From contig KZ538153.1 in assembly GCA_000934665.2 (NCBI GenBank), forward strand, positions 62,001 to 114,104: a stretch of DNA of 52,104 nt, in the 5' to 3' direction. Under the pieces are notes generated by a model. The model searched no databases, was not told the origin of the DNA, and was given only the letters and a program-made list of their open reading frames with translations. Both the position numbers and the translations under genes were made by a program. Position 1 is the first letter of the stretch; each line of letters opens with the position of its first letter. Positions 26,601-40,797 of this stretch are shown here, piece by piece. Source of the stretch: Catajapyx aquilonaris (taxonomy: Eukaryota).

Positions 26601-28145
26601 CCGTCCCTTACCTGTTTTTCTTATCTCGATATCTTCATTTCCGATCCTAAATTGCTATGAACTGGAAGCCGAGATTTTGAGGGCTAGAAATAGATTTTGC
26701 GAAAAGCCCTTGACTCATACCTCCTGCCTATTTTCACGGCCCTGCATTGTATCGATCTTGCCGAATGTGCGATGGGTGAATAACCCATCCCCAAACAAGA
26801 CCAACTCCCAGTCATTTGGCCACACTTATTATTTTACCTCTCTTCCTGGTTGTAATTTTTTGACATGTAAGATGTGAGTACTTATGCTGCAGTGATGTGT
26901 GGCACGGGCTATATTTTTTGATACCAAGAAATACATGCCCATTGCAACACACCATTGTTGCCTAAGAAAGACATGGATGAGTCCGGATGAATGTGAAGGA
27001 CCCTCTGTCATGACGTTCACGTGGGCCACCGGTTGTACAATCGGTGAGTCGACGTGTACATCACAACACTGGGTCCCCCTCCAGATAAAATTGTGGTGTT
27101 GAAGATATTTTTTGGGGGGTTGAAGATATTTGGACCCCGGGAGTTATGATGTGTCTGTGGGCCACTGTTACAAAATGACAGTAAACCCACCCGCACATCA
27201 CAACGCCAGAACTCCAGAGTTGCTGGTCTTGTCCACTTGAATCTGCAAAGTTTCGTGCAAAAAATGTGCAAATATGGACGAAAATTTTCTAACATTGTCT
27301 ATCGCGCCAGTTCATTGACATATCACATCAATTTCATTCAAATTTGATTTCCATTTAATTTCCGCTAATGTCAGTTTTAATTTTAATGTAATAATTTGGT
27401 GACGCTGGATCACTATTTACTTGGCACTATTACTGCTTGTGTTATGTAGTCAATTACATATTTTCATGGGGGGCGTGATGGCTCAGTTGTCAACATACTC
27501 CTCAGTAACGTATGGTAAGTGCACACTGAGGCGTCACTTCCAATAGTATGACATCATCATTGCCAAAAACCGCCTCCCATTGTTGTCGACTTGTGCTGTC
27601 AAAGTCTTTGTACTCGAGCTTGGTGACATGGTATGTCAATAAGGCTGAAAAATTTGGTGTTAATTTGATGTTGACAGATGCTCTTAGAAGCTGAATTCGC
27701 CAATTTTAGCAAAATTTTCGCCCATTTACGTGCATGTCAGTTTTTTTGACACATGCTCAAATGTTACATGCAAAAATGCCAACCGTTATAATTTTGTCAC
27801 CATAATTTGCATATGAAACGTGCAGAATCCAATAATTGTTACATGAAAGTTGGTGACTGACTCAGACAAGAATATTTTGCTACTAATTACGGTACGTATT
27901 ATAGTCATCAAAGTTTGGCGTGCAAAAAAATGTGCTCCATTTTCTCAAAATAATTTTTGTTTACGAAAAATTTCTCGTCGATGAACCTAAATCGTGCATT
28001 ATGCAATTTAAATTGCACCCAAATTTATTTTGTGGCGATGAACAGCATTAAAGACAAACTCTCAGCAAATATTTGCGCACTTTTTATATATGACGTAAAA
28101 AATCATTATTGTGCCTTATCCTACAGTTGAACAGCCGCAAGTATT

Positions 28146-28222
28146 TCGACGCCTAAGGATTACATTGTCGTATGTCCACGTTTTAACAATGGACATACGA
28201 CAATATAATCCTTAGGCGTCGA
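28146..28222. repeat. 77-bp hairpin, ~33-bp arms with one mismatch
   Basis: TCGACGCCTAAGGATTACATTGTCGTATGTCCA ... TGGACATACGACAATATAATCCTTAGGCGTCGA. Confidence 0.9.
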
Positions 28223-31200
28223 TTTGTCAATAATCTCTGGAGAACACGCAGATGTTGGCTACAAGACACTACCCAGTTTCTGTGGAATCTCTGATGAGAT
28301 TGTTGTCTTGTATATAATGCAATAATGATAAAACAAGAACCCCGAGCAAATCCCCTAACCTATAACTATATAAAAATGGGGGGGCTGATTAGTGCAGTGT
28401 TGCAACGAGCTTTAAATTCAAGCTGATGGGTCGTTTAACCGCGGGAGGTCAACTTACTACGCTGTATTGTGTTGCAATACACGTGATATTGATTCACTAT
28501 ACCCCCCAACTGTTGGGATCCCAGGTTTCTATTCTTTATTTTATAACCCATGTCCATTTCAGAGTGCCAATAAAATGCACAGGCATAGTAATTAATGGTC
28601 ACTCAACTTTGCTCCGGCCAATAAGTTAATTACAGTGCTCTACATAGTCAATGACTGAACTGTATACAGGGCACTGAAAATTTAATTCGCTCGATGTGTC
28701 CTGTACGTAGTACAAAATATTCCTGAAATATAAATTATGGATAATGTGGCTCACCTTGTTGTTGAATATTAATTGCGCAGGTTTGTCAGCAACAATCATA
28801 AAATATATTGGCCACAGTTTAAGTGCAATACTGCCAATTGTTTTTAAAAATTCGAGGTGGAAATTAGCTGACTTCAAGTACGAAATCACTGTTAGTTAAC
28901 ATTGTAAACACAATTAACCATGACAGGGATTTCGCTCTTGACCTCAGCGCTCAGACTCAAAATATTACAGCAGTAATTATTAATAAATTATAATAATGTC
29001 GGACATCCCATCAACATAAGAACAGCGCTGTTTTGTGGACCAACATTTTGGGAAATCCCTGGGTTTAAACATTTAATTAGCGCTGAGATGTTTATTACTT
29101 CCGAGGGTTCTCTCTCGAAAAGGTCTGTTTCTTTGACATGTTTATCATGGCGGAATAGGTTTGACCTGTGGGCCTCTCAACACTCTTCACGCCTCATTGA
29201 AAAGGTCACCAAGGCATGAAATGGCCCCAGACAAGCACATCAAGCTCTGGGACCCCAAAAATTCTTGCCAAAAAAATAAATAAATCAAGACCATAGGGTG
29301 GATTTTTTTTCCGTAATTCTGATTATGCGCACTTCACAAATAAAAATAAATGGTGGCATACCATAATTCGACTTTAAACTATTACATGCATCTCATCGTT
29401 TTGTAGCCTGCAGGTTTCTCACTAACTATATAGTAAATGTGATAGAAATTTCTAGAGATAAGTTTGCAGCATTACCATCCGACCGCTTTTCAACACTAGT
29501 AGTTTCATAGTCCGCCTTCAGATTGCAGCGCAATGCAGAGTAGTTGCACTATAATTGTCCGTGTACTAAGTACTTTTTTTTCTAAACTCCGATAATTGCA
29601 ATATGCACTCGGATTGTAATTACTGTAAATTACTGTAATTTATGTTTCGACATTTTCCAATGATGATTATCCCAGTAGCGTAAGTAAGGTTTCAGGCCAA
29701 TGTCTTTGCAACTGGTACAGAAAATCACGTAACCGCAACAGAACCAAAGACATCTGGATGAAACCTCGCAAAAGAATTTTTCGCGAGTTTTTTTTTCGGA
29801 CACGTGAGAATAATTACTGAAATGCGGAAAAAAATGAATGGCCAGATTATCTACAACAGGACTTAACCGTATGTAACAACTCCGCGGCATTTGCTGCATC
29901 ATAATATTACGTTAGATTTTGATCGAATTTTGACTGGCCCACTTGATATCCTACCTGCAATAAATTAAATTAAATAGTTCCGTAAATTATTGCACTTACG
30001 CAATACGTTCATAGCGTGGTTCATGGCATATTACCAAACGCACTTTCCCAGACAAAACCATGCACTGATTGGGGTTTTTGCCTGAGAAAATGAGTTTAAG
30101 TAGTAGCCTCATGATGTGTGTCATGGATGAAGATGCGTTGACGCTCGTCATCTATAGTTCCTCAAAATATTTTAAACCATCAAATTGTAAATAGTTGGGA
30201 ATAATAAAAATAATGAGGAAATCTCAACTAGTATTTCGACAGAAGAAAATGGCATACCACATAGCCTATTTTCAAGGACAAACCAGTTCCATCATAACCG
30301 AGGCTATGTCTCAGAAAATAGGTCCCAGTAGTGGCCTGTGACTTTTCGGTGATCGAGACCTACTGGTATATAATATTTATAGCTGCACCTATCGAGAATT
30401 TTAGTAGCTTCTAGTACGCCTAATTCGGTTGAGCAAAACAATTTCATTACGGTCCTGAAATTAAACCACGAAGTGTCATCTCGAGAAAGAAAGATGGTCA
30501 TGAGAGAGCCGCCTTTTTATCATGTCGGCTTCTAATTAATTAAATTAAGTCCAAGAGGGACCTACATTTGCAGTTTGCACAATTACTTTTTGGGACTATA
30601 AAGGAGTAGCCTTTTATAGGTGTTGATACTAGCTTTTGTTCGTTCTGTGATATAATAACACTTTCGAGCTTCGGATGTAGTCAATGACCCATTCTCACCA
30701 AATATGATCTGAAGAAAATATTGAAACATAATTTACATCAGATTGACTCTTTGGTTGGTTGGTTCATACTATGCATCAGCCATTGTGACTCCGAAGAGGA
30801 TTCGGCTGCCTTATGTTGTAATCATGACCAAGAAACATCGGAGTCCGGTAAGAAAAGGTCATACGACACACACCTGAGCTAAATTACTCTGCTCGTCCAT
30901 TTTTCATCCTCAATAAATTAGCCCGGCAATATTTTAATATGTGTAGCCTCTTAAAGTAATTGTTAGAAACTGCATAGTTTGTGCCAAAAAAAAATTGCAC
31001 ACTGAAACCGACGAACATTGTGCGACAAAAACGCGATTATTTTTACAAGCGCAAGATTCTGTCCGAAAAATGTTAACCCGAAAGAAAGTCAAAATTACAA
31101 CTCCAATTAGTAGCCAATTATTTTTAAATCTGACTACGAATTAAATTTGTTGACTGAAATCACAAAACTGGCATACTTCACTCTATAATTTATCAATAGT

Positions 31201-31252
31201 AAAAGCCACTCAAAACGCGTGAAAATCGCTTCACAATTACTGCTTAAAAATC

Positions 31253-31317
31253 NNNNNNNNNNNNNNNNNNNNNNNNNNNNNNNNNNNNNNNNNNNNNNNN
31301 NNNNNNNNNNNNNNNNN
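31253..31317. other. Assembly gap (run of N), followed by a poly-C tract
   Basis: N characters in the sequence. Confidence 0.99.
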
Positions 31318-32324
31318 CCCCCCCCCCCCCCCAAATGGCTTCCAATCACACTTCACTTAGACTTGATGATGGAAATAAAGCAGGATATAAAAAATTTAAT
31401 CGTGCTTAATTCCCGTCACTCAGTCTACACGAAGCTAAAAAAAAAAATAATGGGACAACCTCGAATAAATAATCCACTGCCCTTTTGTCACAAATACCGT
31501 TCAGAGATCATCAGTCTGGGTGTCCTCCAGGTCATCATCATCAGGCAATGTTGACGCTGGACCACAAATGATGCTGAGGCTGGACCACATGATTCGGAGG
31601 CTGGACCACACTTGTTGCTGAGGCTGGACCACAGATGCTGCTGCCTTCAGGACCACGAATGATGCCATCTTCGGATGAGCTTGACTGACGGCCACTGTTG
31701 TCCATCCAGAGTAGTTGTAGAGCACGAAACAGCCTACAGCAATGGTCTAACGATCACTGTGGGCTGTTTCGGGGTCTTCAACTGCTCCGGATGTTGCTTC
31801 TTGGTCACTGGTCACTAGTAAGAGTCGAAGTGATCTGGAGGCGTTGTCCAGATTCTGCTTATATGTGTTGCCATCGCCTATGCTTCCCTCTGGTGCTCAG
31901 ATGCCTCCAGTGACTCAAGCAGAAGACGACGGCCACATTCTGCACCTTTGGACCCTCAATGGCCATACCTATTTTTCCTCTGAGGGGGCTGGACTTCAAA
32001 AAAAAAACGGTCCAGATAAGCCGTTGGCGCTGACGTCTGTATTTTTCGCATGAGGAGGAAGGTGTCTCATTGCCATCACGTGGTCTGCTCGAGGTGTCGG
32101 GTTTGTCCCCGTTTTGTCCCTTGGCCTCTGACCCTTTTCTGGAGGCTGTGGGAACATGCTGTTGCTGAGGCCTGAAGAGCTAGATTACACGGTGTTTACG
32201 AAACAGACCGATTTTTTGGGTTGGTTGGGACTGGTGGACCGATAATTGGAAGAAATAAATAACAAAAGGGTGGCCCTTCCAAGTTACAGACAAAGAGGAC
32301 CCTGTATCATGAGGAAGTGTTCAG

Positions 32325-32945
32325 TCCAAATATGCAGCTGAGCCACGAAAAGAAATTACTGTATAATTTAATTTTGAAGTGAAAAAACTATGAACCCCTT
32401 TGTCCTTTCAAAAAGTAATGAGCTACATGTATATAAAAAAATCCAAATATACAAATATGCAACTGAGGCCAAGAAAAGAAATCATTATTTAGTGAAAAAA
32501 CTCCGATCCTTTGTCCTCTCAATAAGTATGATCTGCTTGCATAAAAAATGCAGCTGAGCCACAAAAATAAATGATTTTGAAGTGTAAAAGCAATCATTTG
32601 TTCTCTCAAAAAAGTATGAGCTACCGTCTGTGCAAAAAAAAAATATATGAAAATTTGCAAAAATTGCAGCTGGGTCAGGAAATAATATTGAATGGGAAAA
32701 ACAATGATTCTTTGTCATTTCAAAATAGTATGACCGGCATGTCATACTTTTTTGAAATGACAAAGAATGAGAATCAATCATTTTTTTCACTTTTTTTTAC
32801 ACGCATGCGTGTAAATTTTTTTTTGAAAATATGCAAAAATGCAGCTGGGCCATGAAAATAAATAATTAAGAGCGAAATAATTATTTTGAAGAGGAAAAAC
32901 TATGATCCTTTTTTGTCCTTTCAAAAAGTGCGTGTAAAAAAATCC
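32325..32945. repeat. Degenerate satellite, ~5 copies of a ~90-125 bp unit, with one internal inverted segment
   Basis: Recurrent ATGCAGCTGAGCCA...TTTTGAAGTG.AAAA...TTTGTCCTTTCAAAAAGTA near 32332, 32457, 32548, 32664 and 32839; inverted arm pair 32707-32734 / 32741-32768. Confidence 0.8.
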
Positions 32946-34403
32946 AAGACTAATAAGTGAGCAATAACAGCATGACTAATGCTTAATGAATCACAAAAAT
33001 TTACAAACACCGTGCTCCAAAAGTATCTGGATGGATAAATTTTCCTCGTTGCTAATTAATATTTACAAACCATAGACTCATTGAGGCTTGGTCGGGGGCG
33101 TCATGTTTCGCCTCAACATGTTTACAGTAAACTTTTCGAGCCTTGCCTAATCTCGATAAGCCCAACCCCAAAGCCTTTGTTCTCACGTGTGTCAGAAGAA
33201 AATTAAAAACTTGGGATTAAAATTATGAGGTCCCTTCCGTGACATTTTGACCTGAGCAGACTCTGCCAGGGGATAGTTTATTTTAAAACCCTCAATGTGC
33301 TGGAGTCAAATGACACGCGTGGGGCTTGAAGGTGACCGGCCAAAGAGACGGTCAAGGTGACGGGAAATAAATGGCAAAAATGATGTGTGTCTGGGAGTGT
33401 CATGTGAAAGGAAAGTGTGACAAAATCCGATTATATGTCATCAGCTTCTGCTAAAACTGGAAAAAAAATGATAATGTGGTTTTTCGAGTAATTTGTTACA
33501 AAAAAAAAAAGCAAGTGTTGTATTTGAGTCATTCGCAATTTTTGTCACCTGCTGCTTCATAGTTTTGTTGCTATGAGTTGGTGGCATTGTTGCAATCATT
33601 TTTTTTTCAGTCGCAACACTAATTGGATGTTTCTAAAATAATTTATTAAAAATCAGGGAGCTCTTTATAACACATATGAAGGGTTTAAAAAATAAAAAAA
33701 GCATCTTGCAAACTGATTAAAGTATTTTGATATGTACGATGGAAGGTAATACTGTGCAAGTAGGATCACGCTTATTACACAGAGCTAGAGCAAGCTTAGG
33801 CCTACGTGAACTGGAACGAACTGGTATGTTTCGCTGAGAAAGCGAAATTAGACCTACTATAAAAAATAATAGAGGTAAATAAACACCCCTCAGAGTTCAA
33901 GCATACAAAATATTTTCTGCTGCAACTAGTTGCAAATAGCAGTTTCTCATCACTAATTGTCATGAACTTTGAGTAAAACATAAGAGACAAAATAAGAGGG
34001 GAAAAAAAAGTCTTGGTACATATCGATGTGAAGACGGAGCCTGTTGCAAGATGTTACTCATCAGTTTTATAGTTGCAGGCAGTACAAAGAGAGTGGTTAC
34101 ATAATTTCTCTTGTGAAGGACAATGAAAAAATTATCAGTCAACTCCGGATGGACATGAGGCATAAAAAAGAGCTATAAAGAGGATTTTTATTGAAGTGTC
34201 CCAACTTGTGCACTTGGTGCTTCTGGAGATTTTGTTATCAATGTCCGTTGTTTCCGGTGACCGCTATGGTGATGAGGTCATAATAAAGCTCTCCCTCCCA
34301 CACCTAGAGTGACAAAATAACAAAGGAAACAACGACAGCGAAACCCGGATCACACATTTTTATTCCAACTCTCCGCTCAAAATTAAATTATTAATCTTTG
34401 TTC

Positions 34404-37400
34404 CTAATTGCATCTCATGTATAGAGTCTTCCCACTGAGCAACAGGAGCTTTCCGTTGGTCGACAATGGCTCCTTCTTCTCTGGACTTTCATAGAGCTCG
34501 AACTTCCCCACCGACACTCCGAATAATCTGGAAACTGCGTTGTAGACAGCTTCTGAGCTCAAGATGTCCCCGACAGGATTCTCCAACAGGGTCGTTGCGC
34601 ACTTGCTTTTATATTCCACGTTCACAAATCTGAAACAACAGAAGAAAAAATAATCATCGAGATATCAACGTAGCTAATAATTTCTGCTACAGTCACACCA
34701 TTCCATATCCTGAAAATTGGGAAATAAAAAAATCAAAGCCCATTTTTAATCCTCATTTGCAATGATGCAAAAGTGGCTGAAACTTCCTTCTTACGTGCAC
34801 AGAAATTTAAGAAGTCTTTCTCGTGTCTGTACTGGCTGGTTGCTCCATTGGAAAAGTATGTTAATTTTTTTCCGTAATAATTTTATGTAATGCTGCCCTT
34901 GTAAGTTACGACAGCTCTCAAATATTTGTTTAAAATGGTACCAGGCCGAAAGGTCACTCAGGATGACTTAGGGCACTCAAATGTAGTGATGAGGGTGAAG
35001 ACACTGCCTTTGCTGGCCCCACGCCAAGCGGAAACATGCCTTCTAACAAAAGACCCTCTCTTCTCTCCAGGCCCATAAACAATACTCTTATAGTCAAGCT
35101 TATAGTCTTATGTATTCTTAAAGCACGTACATTATGCGCTTTCAGAATAAGGCACTTCCTGATTTTCACTAGTTCTCTCACATAATGTACGGAACGATCC
35201 GACGTCATCAAGGTTTTCCATGGAAACACCCTCACAGAACAATAGTTTTTGAGCTGTTCGACTCCAAAGGTGGCTCAAAAATGTGCAATTAGCCCCATGC
35301 GGACATAAACTATCATGACCATGTGGATGGCGAAGCAAAATGTTTGGCCAATCTAGGTTTACGAGCCGGGTCTATTGCCCTGCACAACATTTCGGAAATG
35401 TAAAATTGAAGAGCACACCTTGTGATGATCTGGCATGGAATGACCCCCCTATGAGATCATATCGTGTCCAGACAAGAAAAACTCGAATTTAGGCAATTTT
35501 GAGTTTAACGGACAATCTCATACGAAATATTTGCAAAGGTGAATCATTAATCCTGCAGCCGATTATTCTAACTGGGAACGCAGACAGGAAAATCTTCCCA
35601 CGAAATATTACACCCCAAAGATATCACACCAGGGGCAGCGGCAGGATGTGACTTGAGCTTCGACTTTGAATCCAGGAGTTTTATCAGCTGCGTTCCCACA
35701 CTTTCCACAGTTCATCAATCTGGCCACGGCTGGCAATAGCCATTACACGTGAAACTGCCAAATCAAGGCTGCGGATATTACGTAACGAAAATCAGTGCGC
35801 TGTTTGTCGAGAAGTTTTTTTTGGCAAGGCATGAAAATTGCTTGCGTGTACTTTTTCAGCAAAATTCATTATTCTTATTCTTATTTCCCCCTCCGAATAG
35901 CTGCGTATTCAGTCACATATACTTTCCATCGTCTTCAGACTCGACAGATGCTGCAAAACAATCCCGTAATTTGAGTGAATCTTACCTGCAGTATGGCTGT
36001 CCCTTCTCCCTGTCCCTTTTCTCGCTCTGGCTTCCCTTTCGGCACACGATGATGGCCTTCCCGTTAAGCTCGTTTGCCTTCTCACTCTTCAATTCCTTTC
36101 CATTCAGCCTGAGCTCTAAGGGAACACCCTGTAGCCCAAACAGCGTGGCTAGCTCCTTCTTGAGAGCATCTGTATCCGCAACTCTGTCACCCTTCGGATT
36201 CTCCAGCAGCACAGTTCCCTTGGTGCCACAGACACCCAAACGTGGACTCATCCCACTCAGCTCGACATTGACATACCTGTAAGATTGAATAAAAATAAGT
36301 ACCGCAGCTTTAATAATACGAATAAAAAGTCAAGCACACATACTTTTACATGTAGAATAGTGAGTCACACAAACCTGCATGAGGGAGTGCCGGTTGATGT
36401 CGTAACAGCGACGTTGGCCTGACCCTTCGTGATGACTAGCTTCAGGTTGGCACCTTTCACCTAACATAATTAATGCAGTCATTAATACATTTTATCGGAC
36501 ATTTTGGCAGAATCTGCTTCTGAAATACGAGTAAAAGACCTGCTGCGTTTCCTCGATGATGACCTGGCTTCCTCCCTTGTCCAGTTCTTCCACCTTCACG
36601 AATGGCGCCTTGATGGTTCCCTGCACAAACTCGGTGTAACTGGCGGCTACCCTGGCCAGGTCGCAGGTTGGAGGCGTTACGGAGTAGTAGACACTTATGA
36701 CGTCCAGTGGCACCAGGTGAGCTTTCTTACGCAGCTTCTGAACTCGGTTCACAATCTCTCTCGCTACACCTTCATCCAACAAGCTTTGATCTGGACTCAT
36801 GTCCATCAGAACCAATATCTGAAAAGAGGCAGGAAATTGGCAACTTCCCAACACATCGGCTTCGAAAGTATGACACGCAAAATTTAATTTGGACTTCCCA
36901 TTAGTGATCACACACTTACATCATTGTCCGAGTGTGCTTCGTACTTCTCGCACAGCTGTGACGTCTCTCCTGTGAAGCTGTACTTGATGTGCAAGTCATC
37001 CTTGCTCAGAACATGTCCTTCAACCTCGATGCTTCCCGTCTTCATCAGTTCTTGCAGTTCGGCATCTCCCAATGCCTGCAACCAACAAATCGTAACGCTC
37101 TTTACAATATTGATAAGTAGAAATCATTTTACCTTGACGGCCTGCAAGACGCTCTTGAATGCTCCCTTCAGCCTGGCTCCGAGAATCTTGTGATCAGGTT
37201 CCGCCTTGAGGCTGACTCCGTATTTCTCCTTTTCAGTGGTAAGAGTCAAGCTCCGCACATTCAGTTCCTCCAGGACATATTTCTCCAGGAGACGAACGTC
37301 GTCCAGACACTCTTGGTCCTTATGAATCACTATGACTTCCGGAAGAGGGTACTAGGGGTATAAAAATAATTAGAAATCATACATTTCTTTGACATTTCAT

Positions 37401-40230
37401 GGCGACAAACCTTCATGGGCATGGTCCTCCTGTCTCGTATGACCCTCCCAACATCTATCACTGTCTGCATCCTGGCCACCGCTCTCTCTATCGCTTCCTT
37501 GATCAACTCCACCCTTGGCGTCGGAAGCGGCAAGTAATGCACGCTACTCCTCTCATCGGATTCGACATATGTGCACAACAGCCGTCGCATATTTTGATAG
37601 AGTGTTTCAGTCAGAAAAGGCGTAAATGGAGCCATAAGCCGCACCATGGTGTACAGGACGTCGAAGAGTGTTTCCAGGGCATGTCTGCAGTCGTCAATAC
37701 CTCCCTCGCCCTTCAGGCGACGTCGGTTCATGCGGACATACCAGTTGGTCAGTTGGTCAATGAAACGAACCAGACGCGGAACTACGGTGTACAAGCGATA
37801 GGCTGCCATCTCGGCTTTCACAAACACTAAGAGGGACTGCGAGAAGGATGTTATCCATTGGTCCATCACGTTGGGTGACGGACTGCGTTGCATCTCCGAA
37901 TAGGTAAAGCGCATACCTTCCTCCTGAAAATAAGCAACATTAGATAAAGCATGGATCAAACATGGAAAGCACATACCGTCTCAAGCTTCTGCACATTCTG
38001 GATTAAGAATCGATAGGCGTTGTACCACGGCAGAAACACTTCCTTGAGAACATCGCACACTCCTTCCTCTTTGAATCGCAAGTTTTCAGCCCGAACCACA
38101 GGCGAAGTGATGAGGTAAAGACGAAGAGCGTCGGCCCCATACTTGTTCGCAATGTCCAACGGATCCGGATAGTTCTTCTTCCGTTTGGACATCTTCTGTC
38201 CGTCCGCAGCCAAAACTAGGCCGTGCACAATCAGGTTCTTAAAAGGCGGCTTGTCAAACAGGGCAGTCGACAGCACCAGAAGAGTATAAAACCTGACAGT
38301 TGAGATCCCAGGTTAAAACATATTAGCACTGTCTGCAGCGATGTTACTTACCAGCCTCTGGTCTGATCGATACCCTCTGCAATAAAGTCCGCAGGGAAGC
38401 TCTCCTCAAACTCTGTCCTGTTCTCAAACGGGTAGTGAACCTGCGAGTAAGGCATAGATCCAGACTCAAACCAGCAGTCAAAAACCTCTCCGATTCGCCT
38501 CAAAGGCGGATGCCCTGGTCTGGCTGACGGTATGGTCAGCGGATCCACATTCTCCCGATGTAAGTCCGTAACCTTAGTGCCTGTCAGCTCCTCCAGTTCG
38601 GCAATACTTCCGATGCAAACGATTTCTTCCATATCGTCCGATACCCATATCGGGATAGGTGTGCCCCAGTATCGGTTGCGACTTACGGCCCAATCGCGTG
38701 CGTCTCGTAACCAGTTGGCGAACCGCTTTTCCTTCACGAAATCTGGGACCCAGTACGTCTGGCTGTTGGTCCGCAGAAGTCGTTCGCTCATGTTTTCGAC
38801 ACGGATGAACCACGATGGTACGGCTCGGTAGATGAGCGGCGTTTCAGATCGCCAGCAGAAAGGATAGTTATGCTTGGTCGTGCCTGCTTGCACCAATCGT
38901 CCGTTGGCTTTCAGCATTTTCATTATGTTCTTGTCCGCATCTTTGACATACTGGCCCTCAAAGTCGGTCACAGGTAGGGTGAACCGACCCGATTCATCGA
39001 CTGCACACACCATGTCCATATCCTTCGTGATGACACCAGCCGCCAAGCAAACACGGTAATCATCCTCGCCAAAATAAGGTGCCTGATGTACGACCCCAGT
39101 ACCAGTCTCTTCTGTTACATAAGTATCAGTAAGGATGACGAACGCGCCATTGGATTTCAACGAGGTGTAGTACGGGAAAAGAGGCGTGTACGACTTTCCA
39201 GCAAGTTCAGCCCCTTTGAAACTCCGCATGATCTCATATTCCTCTTCCGATTTGAACAGTGACGAAAGACGACATTCCATCATGATATACATCTTCTCAG
39301 TGGCGATCTCTGCCGATAGGACGAATAATTAGTTACATATTCAGCGTTACTTGTTTTGTGACAATACCTTTCACTTGGACGTAATCCAGATTTGGATTGA
39401 CGCACAATGCCAGGTTACTCGGCAGTGTCCATGGCGTTGTTGTCCAAGCGACCAGTGAAACCTTTGGGTCCTCCTCCAGCGGAAAGCTCACAACCACGGC
39501 CGGATCAACCACCTCTTTGTAGTTTTGCCCCGACTCAAAGTTGGACAGCGGAGTGTTGCATGCGGTCGAAAACGGCATAACTTTGAACCCACGATACACA
39601 AAACCCTTGTCGAACAGCTGCTTAAATAGCCACCAAACCGTCTCCATGAACCACGGGTACAAGCTCTTGTAGTCGTTCTGAAAGTCTGGACGAAATATAT
39701 TAATTGTAGTTAAGAACATACCCTACATGCTGCAGTTAAACTTACCAATCCAGCGTCCCATTCGCCCAATGATGTACTCCCAATCCTTGGCATATCGCAT
39801 CACAATTTCGCGACAGGCATCGTTGTACTTCTTGATGCCCATCTTCGCAACGTCGCCAGGACCGGTAATGCCCAGTGTCTTGTCGATCTCATACTCCTGC
39901 AGATATTAAACCGGTTAGGCGCTTCGGAAAACAGAAATTGTGCGAACAACTCACCACTGGCAGCCCATGGCAATCCCAGCCGAACCTTCTCTCGACATGA
40001 AACCCACTCTGATGCGCAAATCGGGTCACAACGTCCTTCACAGTCCCCGCTAAAATGTGGCCGTAATGAGGCAACCCCGTCGCAAACGGCGGTCCATCGT
40101 AAAAGGTGTACCTCGGCCTCCCTTCCGACTGCTTCAACGACGTCTGAAACGCATCGATATCCCTCCAAAGCTCCAAAACCCTCTCCTCCTCCTTCGGAAA
40201 GTTAATCTGCTCCGGCACCGACTCAACCAT
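34404..40230 (-). CDS. IARS1: Isoleucyl-tRNA synthetase, cytoplasmic (about 12 exons; last intron ~1.35 kb)
   Basis: [16 protein letters not shown] (HIGH motif), [93 protein letters not shown]; eukaryote-type C-terminal extension. Confidence 0.98.
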
Positions 40231-40380
40231 CCTGTCGGCTGCACTGAACTTCTCTCGCTCACACCTACTTACTTAACCTGCCGATAAAAAAAAAAGCTGA
40301 TGAAACAATCGCAAAATATTGCAAGTACCTGTACAGATAACAATCAAGGAAGCATTCGCAGATAACAAAAACGTACACAC

Positions 40381-40759
40381 CTGCATGTCAAAACCCATAC
40401 AAACAAACAAACCGTTGCCTTTTATAATAGGTGCATGTCAAAACCCGGACAAATGAACAACCTTCGCTTTTATAATAGATGCATGTCAAACCCGGACAAA
40501 CAACCTTTCCCTTTTATAATAGATGCATGTCAAAACCCGGACAAACAAGCAACCTTCGCCTTTTATAATAGATGCATGTCAAAACCCGGACAAACAAGCA
40601 ACCTTCGCCTTTTATAATAGATGCATGTCAAACCCGGACAAACAAACATTTGCCTTTTATAATAGATGCATGTCAAACCCGGACAAACAAACAACCTTCG
40701 CCTTTTATAATAGATGCATGTCAAACCCGGACAAACGAACAATCTTTTCCTTTTATAAT

Positions 40760-40760
<1 letters not shown>
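40381..40760. repeat. Minisatellite, 8 copies of a 44-50 bp unit, immediately upstream of IleRS
   Basis: Unit GCATGTCAAA(A)CCCGGACAAACAAACAACCTTCGCCTTTTATAATAGAT starting near 40383, 40433, 40481, 40525, 40574, 40623, 40668 and 40716. Confidence 0.95.

Positions 40761-40797
<37 letters not shown>

Noticed and set aside
31500..32200. GC-richer, coding-like segment next to the gap (minus strand ending LPDDDDLEDTQTDDL)
   Set aside because: Frames are interrupted and no recognisable domain or splice structure was found. It may be a decayed transposon ORF, but I cannot support a call.
34950..35760. Coding-like sequence inside the last IleRS intron
   Set aside because: Only short broken ORFs, with no identifiable transposase or RT motif and no termini found.
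40381..40760. CRISPR-like appearance of regularly spaced repeats, and ORFs 40435-41159
   Set aside because: Units are head-to-tail with no unique spacers, there are no cas genes and the context is eukaryotic. The ORFs are translations of the repeat and the (GAT)n tract.
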